64,000 nucleotides of DNA from positions 27,902,001-27,966,000 of the forward strand of contig NC_086108.1 in assembly GCF_963921235.1 (NCBI RefSeq). Reading direction: 5' to 3'. This document shows positions 24,976 through 35,025 of this stretch, in pieces (the stretch's first letter is position 1; the number at the start of each line of letters is the position of its first letter). The position numbers and the translations under genes were made by a program. Under the pieces are notes generated by a model. It saw only the letters and a list, made by a program, of their open reading frames with translations. It made no database searches and was not told the origin of the DNA. Source of the stretch: Mobula hypostoma (Eukaryota).

Positions 24976-25457
24976 TATTTAGTAATTTTATGTACTGCTC
25001 TGTAAAGCTGCCACAAAAAAAAACGCAAATTTCATGACATATGTGAGTGATGATTAACTTGATTCTGATATGGGGCTCTATTGTGAGAGTGGGACAGGGC
25101 CAGGTTAGAGGAGGATCATAGTTGGGAAGAGCGGAAGGGAGAGTGAAGGGAGCAGGAAGCACTAGAGAGACATTCTGTAATATTCAATAAACCAGTTGTT
25201 TGGAATTAAATGATGTTCCCTGGTGTTACAGGTCTGGATGTTTCTGCACCTGCGCTGCCCCCTGCCCCTGGTACTCTTTCTCTACACCTGTCCCACACCT
25301 CTCCCATGGCACTCCACCCTCACCATACCCAACATACTTTGCTCCTGCCAGATTTACACACTCGCTCTCCACTCCATGTTGACAAGTACAGTACTGTGAA
25401 AAAGTCTTAGGCACCTTAATAATACATATGTGTCTAAGACTTTAGCACAGTCCTGTA
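24976..25457 (+). mobile_element. Composite non-autonomous element ending in a Tc1-type mini inverted repeat
   Basis: TA-CAGTACTGTGAAAAAGTCTTAGGCAC...GTGTCTAAGACTTTAGCACAGTCCTG-TA (25389-25455). The whole block is the reverse complement of 57399-57870. Confidence 0.7.
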
Positions 25458-25460
25458 TAC

Positions 25461-25652
25461 TTAGGACAGAGGAAGAGGAAGTGTGTGGGTTGGGGGAAGT
25501 AGATAAGAAATAGTATATGATTAATGAAAATTTTGGATTGGGGAACATTCATTCCAGAATGACTGACTCACCTGTTGACATCAGCTTGTAGTAAGGAGAA
25601 AGTTTGTTTCAAAGTTGAGCCCCAGATTTTATGTGAATACTTCCCATTTGCA
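25461..25652 (+). repeat. ERV 3' LTR remnant
   Basis: Colinear with 20300-20495 at roughly 75% identity by eye; ends TTGCA plus CTGT TSD. The 5' part is not recognisable. Confidence 0.75.
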
Positions 25653-25810
25653 CTGTGATCTCATGATTTCCTTTATGTCCTCTGATTCCCCCCACATTCC
25701 AAAGACATGCAAATTAGTAGATTGATTTGCTGCTTTACATTGCCTGTAGTGTAAGGATGGGTTGTGAAATATTAGTGTGGAGTGAATGGGAATGTGGGGA
25801 GATAAAATTA
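25653..25810 (+). mobile_element. 3' half of the V-SINE split by the ERV
   Basis: ctgtgatc..tttcc..cccacattccaaagac..attg..tacattgcc is the V-domain continuation. Confidence 0.65.
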
Positions 25811-26269
25811 CAAGTAATATTAGTGGGGAAATAAGACTATTCTATATTCCATCCTAGATTGGTGAGTCTGAAATGTTTCCTCTGATGATGGAAGGAAATA
25901 TTACTATCACATAGCAGAAGATATATTCAATTTGTGCATACTTTGCTTATGTCAATGCAAGCTCTCAACAATGAAAACTTAACTGCTGTAGAGACTTGCT
26001 GTGTACCTGCATTTTGTTCACAGTGATCTCAATAAACAGGTTCACAGAATAGTTGAAGTTACAACACAGATTAAAATTTCAACCAGGTGGATGGCAATCA
26101 TGGACTCACTCTAGCAGAAATATTCCCTTTGTCTTATCTACCCTGCAGTACTATCTCTGCAACTTAACATTAAGATCTTCTCTCGTAGCCAGACGTCTTT
26201 GACCGTTTACAAAATAATGGCCAATAGACAAAGGCATTTGGCTACAAGGGCTGTACACAGGTGAAATTA

Positions 26270-26485
26270 AAACCAAAAATGTTCAATGTCCTCAGCAGAT
26301 CATGCAGCATCTATAGAGAGGGAAATAGTTAATATTTCAATTCCACGGCTCTTTATCAGGAACTTCCAAATCTATTGTAGCATTCTGGACCTGCAATGCT
26401 AACTGTTTCTCTTTTCATAGATGTTGTCTGACCTGCTGAGAGATTTCAGTGGCTTCTAGTTTGATTTCAGATTTTCAGACATGCA
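26270..26485. mobile_element. Short inverted-repeat element derived from Penelope terminal repeat
   Basis: ctcagcagatcatgcagcatctat... pairs with ...atagatgttgtctgacctgctgag. Confidence 0.6.
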
Positions 26486-26735
26486 CCAGGTTTTATTTAT
26501 AGTTAAGGCTTAAACTAAACCATGATTTCAAGAAGCAGATGCACAAAATATCATACAGTATGGGTTAAAAGTATAACAAAAGCAAAGTTTTATTTCTGAA
26601 ATAATATAATGGCAAACAGGAGAGTAGCTTCAAATTATATGCAACTTGGGTATGAACAAATTTGGTATTCATAACATAAAAGCAAAATAGATACAATGGA
26701 AAAAAAGATCTGCAGGGATAATACAACTGCTGAAT

Positions 26736-26835
26736 TTGTGTACCTAACAACAAAAATTGGATAGACCAGGCCCCTGGAAAAGAGTTGTGTACCTAACAAC
26801 AAAAATTGGATAGACCAGGCCCCTGGAAAAGAGTT
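26736..26835. repeat. Perfect 49-bp tandem duplication
   Basis: ttgtgtacctaacaacaaaaattggatagaccaggcccctggaaaagag x2. Confidence 0.95.
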
Positions 26836-27502
26836 ACTTGATGGATGATCTCACTGAGGCCCTTAAGACTAGAAATTGCTCTTCAATCTTGAAAGGGCAT
26901 TGGAAAGGAAGACTAAAAAAGATGTTTTGGTTTATGAGGGGAAATAAAATTAGAGACCATAAATAAAAAGGTCATCTCAGATAAAGGCAAAAGATAATTC
27001 AAGTGGAATTTCTTTTTTTAGGAATGTAGTGTGAATCGCATGAGGGAGAAAGGAATTAAAAGTGATATCCACAGGGTGAGATGAAGAGGGAAGTGAGGAG
27101 GCTCAGGTGAGAATAAATATTTTCAAAAAGCCAGTTTTCAGCTACGTCTAGAAAAGCAAATAAAAACTGCAAAGCCTTCTTACAAACAGAAAACATTGGA
27201 AATACTCAAAAGGGAGACAGTTCTGGTGAAAGGTCTCAGCCTGAAATATCGACTGGTTAATTCCTCTCCTTAGAAGCTGAGTTCCTCCACCTTCCTGCAT
27301 GTATTAATCTGGATTTTCAGCATCATCCAATTCTCTTCTGTTTATGAAGAAACTGCTGATATCTCAGGTCTAGCATGCCACGTTAGAATTAAGAAATTCT
27401 AATGAACAGTCTTAGAATTCAAACATTAGGTGTTTCTCCCTCCACAGCTGCTCCCTATCCTGCTTTTATTTCGGCCTTTTCTGTTTTTATTTCAACTCTC
27501 AT

Positions 27503-28043
27503 AGTCAAACAAGAAGGTCCAGTGTCACCTCTACTTCCTGAGGAGACCGAGGTCCTTTGGAGTATGCAGGCCTCTCCTTCACCTGTTCCCCACCAGTCTG
27601 TGTCACCAGTACAATCTTCTATGCAGTGGTGTGCTGGGGCAATGGCATCAACAGGGGTGATGCCAACAGGCTCAATAAACTGATTAGAAAGGCTGACTCT
27701 GTTGTAGGAGTCAGACTGGACACACTGGAGTCTGTGGTAGAACAAAGGACCTTACAGAAAATCCTGGCAATTCTGGACATTGTTTCTCACCCTCTGCATG
27801 CCAGCTTGGCTGAACAGAGGAGCAAATTTAGTTATAGACTAAGACAACTGCACTTACCGTCGGCCATTAGGCTCTATAATGAGTCAACCTTTAGCCAAGG
27901 AAGTGATGACCACCTCCTGTTAGACTGTTTGAGCTAACATATTTTTACTCTTTCTTACATCTCTCCTAATATTTGTATATTTGTACTGCTACTGTGACAC
28001 TGTAATTTCCTTTGGGGATTATTGAAGTACCTATCTATCTATC
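27503..28043 (+). mobile_element. Rex1-like LINE 3' fragment
   Basis: STIFYAVVCWGNGINRGDANRLNKLIRKA...SHPLH...SAIRLYN; (tatc)n tail. Confidence 0.85.
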
Positions 28044-29139
28044 AAACATTGTTGTCTCCTGGCTGTGATTCTAACACCGGGTCTGGTTTAGGCAAAACCT
28101 AAACAGGCCTACTATAACAGATTATGAGGTAGATTATCAGTATTATTTGCTTGTACAGTATTTGTTCTTTAATTTTGCACCCTATCCGTTGGGATAAGTT
28201 TGATTTCTCCATCTGGGTATCACATGGAGGCTGACAGCTGCACTAACACGAACATTCTGATATGACATGGACCAGGGCTAGACTTTTCAGTCAATCAGAT
28301 CATTTCTCTAGACAACTGAGAAAAAGTATTTCCTTTGAGTTTTGTTAATTTAAGTATGCAACGTGAATATTTTAGCAAATTAAAATGTAGATCTGTGAAA
28401 TTAGGACAGTTGGCACAAGAGATGACAGGATGGGAGAAAATTAGAAAAATAGATTTGTGATAACACTGTGAAGGATCAAAGGATTTTTTTTGTGATCTTG
28501 GCTCAGAGTTTTAAATTATAGGACATTTAATAATCATGTTTGTCACAAAAGTCATAACAGAATTAGAAAATTACAGATGTGTTAAATGAATTTTTATGTT
28601 AATCTTCAGGAATGAAATGTTTGAAAGTGTTTTCTAGATCTGGTCATCACAGTAGCAGAAAATAGATGAAGAAACTCTTATGATTGTATGAGATAATTTT
28701 GTCACATTCTACTGGAGAAGACTATTCCCTTCAATTGATTAATGTCAGTAAACATGGTTCAGTCCAAATTAGCTACTTATCAACATATGCACTTATTTTC
28801 TTAAGCAATATTAATGTCCTGTTTTCTCTTAAATGCGCCACATAATGTTTATTTATATGGAATTTGGTCCACACTCTACATTGCAATACAAGGGAGAAAC
28901 CAATTGAAAGTTACACTTGTAGTGTTAGATGGGCCAGGCTGGAGAATGAGGGAAGGACAAGTACCTTCAAAAAGTTAGACAAGAGATTCTGTTTCGGCAA
29001 GGAGACTGAACAGGTTATTTTATTCTCTTATTACCTATGGATATTAAAAGTTTGCTGCAATTTGTTTATTTTCCTGTTTTAAGTTGCTGGCTGTCTCCTA
29101 CCTGTGGGTGAAAGGTATAGTGTTGGAGACTGGAACACA

Positions 29140-29480
29140 AATAGTTGTTGACTTCAGGAGAGCTTGCACCGCTCAAACCCTTCTTTACCTCAGTGGCACA
29201 GCAGTGGACACTGCAAACAGTTTCAAACTCCTGGGAGTGCACATCTCACACAAACTCCCATGGCCGCAGAACACATTCTACACAATCAAGAAAGCTCACC
29301 AACTCCTCCACTTTCTGAAGAGGCTGAGAACAGCTGGACTGTGCACATCAATAATCACAACCTTCTACAGATGCTCAGTAGAGAACATCTTAACCTACTG
29401 CATCACTGCACAGTATGGAAACTGTACTGCAGCAGACAACAGATGGTCAAAACTGCCCAGTGCATCAGCAAGCACCTCAC
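29140..29480 (+). mobile_element. Rex1-like LINE fragment
   Basis: IVVDFRR...SFKLLGVHISHKLPW...KKAHQLLHFLKRLR...FYRCSVENILTYCI. Confidence 0.85.
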
Positions 29481-29929
29481 CTATTTATTTGAGGGAGGAT
29501 TTCTGTCCAATTATCTATAAGAGTACCTGATTTTCTTTGAATAATGTGATGGAAGTGTTCGTGCCTGTCTGAGGTGCAGAGACTAGAGAGACAACAGACT
29601 GCAGATGCTGTATTCTAGCACAAAAGACACATTGATGGTGGTACTCGGCGGGACCACAGCTGATGATGCAAGATCTCAACCCAAAAGGTTTTCTGTCTCT
29701 TTGTCTACGTGGATGCCACCTGACCTGCTGAGATCCTCCAGCAGTTTGTCTTTAGCAGAAATTGGGTGACGTTCTGAAGTCCTGATGCTGAGATTTAACA
29801 AGAATTCCATTGCTTATGATGTGAGTAATACTTACCCTATTGAACAAAATAGGAGCTCCAACCATTTATAATGTGAGTAACCCCCTTTACACTGCTGACC
29901 TGTTTAATATTGTTTTCTTCGAGTTGTAG

Positions 29930-31060
29930 AGACACACAACACAATAAAAAGGCCATTTGGCTCAGCACATCCACACTAGCCAGGGCGCACACATCTCTAT
30001 TAATCCCATCTTCCAGCACTTGGCTCACAGCCTTCAATGCTGAGATATTCAAATGCTCATCTGAACGCTTCTTCAATGCTGTCATCGACTTGCTACCACT
30101 ACACTTTCCAGCACTGTATTTCAGATTCTCACAAAGAAAGCATGCCAGTGCCTCAACTTCCTCAGGGGGTTAAGGAAGTTCATCGTGTCCATGTTGACCC
30201 CTCAGCAATTTTTGTAGATGCACCTTAGAAAGCTTCTTATCCGGATGTGCCACAGCTTGGCATGGCAACTGCCCTTGACCGCAAGAAAGAAGAGTATTGT
30301 GAACATAGAGAATTGTAGAGAAATGTAGGGAATTGTGAATTCTGTTATAAAAACCAGCTACCCCTCCATTGATTCCATCTACACTTCCAGCTGCTTTAGG
30401 AAAGACCATAATGAAAGACCATTCCCATACCAAACATTTTCTCTCCTTCCCCCTTCCCCTCCCATTGGGCAGAAGATACAAGAACTTAAGAACACGTACA
30501 ACCAGCATCAATAATATCTTATATCCTGCATTATCAGACTCTTTAACGGACCTTTCATATGCTAACGGATGAACTCGTGACCTCTCAATCGATCTCATCA
30601 TGGCCTCTGCACCTTATTTATCTACCGTTACTCTACTTTCTCTGTAACAATGACACTATTTTCTACATTCTGTCATTGTTTTCCTTCTGTACTACCTCAA
30701 TGTACTTATTACTGAAATGATCCGTTTGGTTGACAAGCAAACGAAGTTATTCTTTGTATCCCAGTACATGTGACAATGCTAAACCAATTACCAATTTTCA
30801 GATCTCCTCTAAATCTCTTGCCCCTTACCCAAAATCTACATTTTCTAGTATTGCTTATCTCTGAGGAGAAAATATTCCTGTAATTAACCCTACAACACAC
30901 CTCATAATTTTACGTAATATTATTTACCCACTTAGCCTCCTCTCCGGCAAGAAGAACAGACTCAGCCTCTCCAGTCTCTCCTCATTAGTAAAATGCTCCA
31001 TCTCAGGCAATACCCTGGTGAATCTCCCCTGTACCCTCTTCAGTGCCATTACTTCTCCTG
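29930..31060 (-). mobile_element. Degenerate CR1 3' end interrupted by a Rex1-like insertion
   Basis: Minus ORF 30924-31166 ALKRVQGRFTRVLPEM...EERLERLSLF..ERRLSG; the 3' UTR part lies at 29930-30130. Confidence 0.7.
30170..30795 (+). mobile_element. Rex1-like LINE 3' end
   Basis: FCRCTLES.LSGC, LPLGRRYKNLRTRTT, and a 3' UTR with (ccaatt)n tail. Confidence 0.75.
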
Positions 31061-31365
31061 AATAAAGCTCATTCAAATGCAATGCAAACCCTGATTTAGA
31101 ATCCAGCCATTCTTTGGTTGCTAACGCAAGAGATTCTGCAGATGCGAGAAGGCCAGAGTAATACACACATAATGCTGGAGAAACTCAGCAAGTCAGGCAG
31201 CTTCTATGAAGAGGATTAAACAGTTGACCTTTTGGGCCAATACCCTTCTTCAAGACTGGTCCTCCAGCATTTTGTGTGCAATACTTGGGTTGCTATCCTT
31301 TTGAATTTCAATTATTCATTTGATGCATTTTATGTTACGTTGTCCTCCACAGCTATAGTAGTGTC

Positions 31366-32253
31366 TACTGCACAGAGTCTTGTCATCTTCAGAAGTTTTC
31401 TGATGACTCTGCCATAGTTGGATGCATCAGCAAGGGAGATGAGGCTGAGTACAGGGCTACGGTAGGAAGCTTTGTCACATGGTGTGAGCAGAATTATCTG
31501 CAGCTTAATGTGAAAAAGACTAAGGAGCTGGTGGTAGACCTGAGGAGAGCTAAGGTACTGGTGACCCCTGTTTCCATCCAGGGGGTCAGTGTGGACATGG
31601 TGGAGGATTACAAATACCTGGGGATACGAATTGACAATAAGCTGGACTGGTCAAAGAACACTGAGGCTTTCTACAAGAAGTGTCAGAGCTGTCTCTATTT
31701 CCTGGGGAGACTGAGGTCCTTTAACATCTGTCGGACAATGCTGAGATGTTCTACGAGTCTGTGGTGGCCAGTGCTATCATGTTTGCTGTTGTGTGCTGGG
31801 GCAGCGGGCTGAGGGTAGCAGACACCAACAGAAACAACAAACTCATTTGTAAGGCCAGTGATGTTGTGGGGATGGAACTGGACTCTCTGACGGTGGTGTC
31901 TGAAAAGAGGATGCTGTCCAGGTTTCATGCCATCTTGGTCAATGTCTCCCATCCACTACATAATGTACTGGGTGGGCACAGGAGTACATTCAGCCAGAGA
32001 CTCATTCCACCGAGATGCAACACAGAGCGTCATAGGAAGTCATTCCTGCCTGTGGCCATCAAACTTTACAACTCCTCCCTTGGAGGATCAGACACCCTGA
32101 GCCAATAGGCTGGTCCTGGACTTATTTCCTGGCATAATTTACATATTACTATTTAATTATTTAAGGTTTTATTACTATTTAATTATTTATGGTGCAACTG
32201 TAACAAAAACCAATTTCCTCCGGGATCAATAAAGTATGACTATGACTATGACT
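31366..32253 (+). mobile_element. Young Rex1/Babar-like LINE 3' fragment
   Basis: HLQKFSDDSAIVGCI...KKTKELVVDLRR...; one frameshift at about 31745; aataaa plus (tatgac)3 tail; near-identical to 12638-13420. Confidence 0.9.
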
Positions 32254-32752
32254 AAGCTCTAAAGCGATATTGATCACCCCTTCACTATTAAAGAAATTAC
32301 CAATAGGTAGATAGATAGGTTGTTAAATATTCAGGGAAGCAAAGATCTAATGTTGCTGAGATCAAACATAATCTTTTTAAACAGAATAGGCACAAGAAGC
32401 CAAATGGTCTACTCCTGCTATTACTTCAGATTATCGATTATCTTAAATCATTTTTAGATATCCTGATAGGTGCTCTTATAATTGCAAACCTTTTCCCAAT
32501 ATTTATTTATTGAATTGTCTTCCACAACATTATGTTTTAATAAATCTTCCAAAAAAGCTTTGAAAAGACGTGACATCCTCTTCTCATCACTGCATTGACT
32601 GTGCGATTGCAATTTGCTCTGCCTTGCTGCTTCATATGCCAGTCCCAGCCACAAATGGAAGGAGATGCATGTCACAGGAGGTGGTGATTTCTTGGTGCCC
32701 AGTGCCCTCTAGTGGCGGACTGCTCTCCCAGTAAAAGGGGGCTGCAGTCTTC

Positions 32753-32940
32753 AACACAAGAAATTTTGCGGATGCTGGAAATCCAAAGCAAAACTCAGCA
32801 GGTCCTGCAGCATCCATGGAGATGAACATACCGTCAATGTTTTGGGGTGAGACCCTGAAGAAGGGTGTCGAAACAGGAATGTTTGTTCATCTCGTGGATG
32901 CTGCCTGACCTGCTGAGTTCCTCCAGCATTTCACATATTT
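32753..32940. mobile_element. Short inverted-repeat element derived from Penelope terminal repeat
   Basis: Arms 32792-32828 and 32884-32919 are reverse complements; the loop keeps a CTGAAGA..GAAAC hammerhead-core remnant. Confidence 0.7.
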
Positions 32941-33459
32941 TGTCTGAGAAATCTGATCTCATTACTATAGCACTGTTCTCTGGGCACTGCAAGTACCATT
33001 TGGCTGAGATTTTGATTTTAAATCACAGCTGCAATATCTAAGCAGGCACTAAAATGCGTGAAATCACTGAATCACGAGGTAGTGCTTTATGCAGCCATTA
33101 TTAAAAAATGTAGATTAGGCACAGAAGCTTTAATCCTTATGCAGTTCTGATTCAGTGTTTTCCTTGATAAACTGGGCCATGTGAATGCACCTAAAACAAT
33201 GTATGAACGACACACTGGGTAGATTGTACAACAGCTAAGATTTCCTCATTTTGTACATGACCTACATATTCACTGATCACCAACTAGATTAATAACAAAT
33301 TAAGCTTAGAGTGATCAAAACTTTACACAATGACTGAAACTAGTTATATTGTATACACCACTATACACAGTGTGGCCTCCAGGCATATCTATCACAACAT
33401 CATTGAGAATCTTCTCTGCACCTTCTCCAGCTTAATCACCATATCTAACATAGGTCTGG

Positions 33460-34130
33460 TGATGAAGCTGGAGAAGGTGCAGAAAAGATTCTCAATAATG
33501 TTGACTGGAGGGCTTGAGTGATAAGGAAAACTCCTGTACTTACAGTATTAAGTATAGGAGTTGGGATGTAATGTTGAAGTTACATTGAAGAGTCCTAATT
33601 TAGAGTATTTTGTGCAATTCTGGTCAACTGCCTACTGGAAAGATATCAATAAGATTGAAAGAGTACAGAAAAAACTTTCAACAATTTTGCCAGGACTTGA
33701 GAAACCAAGTTAGAGGGAAAGGTTGAACAGGTTAGAACTTTATTCCCTGGAGCGTAAAAGAATGAGGGAATATTTGATAGAGGTATTCAGAATTATGAGG
33801 GGTATGGATAGCAGAAATGCAAGTAGGCTTTCTACACTGAGGCTGGGTGAGGCTGAAACGGGAGGGTGAAAGATGAAATGACTAAGGGGAACATGTGGGA
33901 GGACTTCTTTACTCAGCAGGTGGTAAGAGTGTGGAACAAAATGCCAGTGGTGGATGCAGATTCAATTTCAATACTTCAGAGAAGTTTGGATAAGTACATG
34001 CATGGGAAGAGTATGGGGGCTATGATCCAGCTGCAGGCCAATGGAACTTTGAATAATAGTTCAGCATAGACGAGATGGGCCGAAGGGCTTATTTCGGTGA
34101 CATAATGTACTTTGACTCAACAATTCTATG
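33460..34130 (+). mobile_element. CR1 LINE 3' fragment
   Basis: LEYFVQFWSTAYWKDINKIERVQK, FFTQQVVRVWNKMP. Confidence 0.85.
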
Positions 34131-34159
34131 AAAAACTTGATAGAATGCAATGTTTTTCT

Positions 34160-34690
34160 TAAGACCATAAGATCGTTACAGATGGGAACAGAATTAGGCC
34201 ATTCGGCCTTCAAGCCTGCTCCACCATTTCATCATGGCTGATCCATTTCCCTCTCAACCCCGTTCTCCTGCCTTTTCCTCATAACCATTCATGCCCTGAT
34301 TAATCAAGAACTTATCAAGGTCCAGCTCAAATACATCCAGTGACTTGGCCTCCACAGCCACCTGTGGTAATGAATTTCACAGATTCACCATCCTCTGGCT
34401 AAAGAAATTCCTCCTCATCTCAGTTCTAAATGGATGTCCCTCTATTCAGAGTCTGTGCCCTCTGGTCCTAGATTCCTTCACCATGTAAATCATTCTCTCT
34501 ACATCCACTTTATCTAAGCCTTTCAACATTCAATAGGTTCAATGAGATCCTCCCCTGTTCTTCTGAATTCCAGCGATTAAAGGCCCAGAGCCATCAATCA
34601 TTTCTCACATGATAAGCCTTTCACTCTTGGAATCATTCTTGTGAACCTCTTCTGAAACTTCTCCAATGTCAGTACATCCTTTCTTAAATA
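34160..34690 (-). mobile_element. CR1 LINE 3' fragment
   Basis: Highly similar to 1712-2230. Confidence 0.85.
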
Positions 34691-35025
34691 ACACAGACAA
34701 CACACTGGAGGAACTCAGCAGGTCGGGCAGCATCTGTGGAAATGATCAGTCAATATCTCAGACTGAGACTCTTCGTCAGGACTGAAGAGGGAGGGGGCAG
34801 GGGTCCTGTAAAGAAGGTGGGGGGAGGGCGGGAAGGAGAAGGCTGGTAGGTGCCAGGTGAAAAAACAGTAAGGGGAAAGATTAAGGGGTGGGGGGAGGGG
34901 AGGCAGGGAGGGATAGGCAGGAAAGGTGAAGAAGGAATTGGGAGAGCACAATGGGTAGTAGAAAGAGGCGGAACCATGAGGGAGGTGATAGGCAGCTGGA
35001 GGAGGGGGCAGAGTGATACTGGGAT
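34691..35025 (-). mobile_element. Penelope terminal-repeat fragment (continues at 37279-37310 after the LTR insertion)
   Basis: Minus strand cagtcCTGACGAagagtctcagtctGAGAtattgactg (mutated hammerhead), then the purine-rich tract seen at 10290-10610. Confidence 0.7.

Larger units (their letters stand above)
20108..25652 (+). mobile_element. Ancient internally deleted endogenous retrovirus (gamma/epsilon-like integrase)
   Basis: TGCA...TGCA ends, CTGT TSD (20104-20107 / 25653-25656), homologous LTR ends 20337-20495 vs 25496-25652, PBS-like TGG.. at 20497, RNase H-like ALALG.DGTANIYTAS at about 22405-22455, decayed integrase 22629-23320. Confidence 0.8.
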
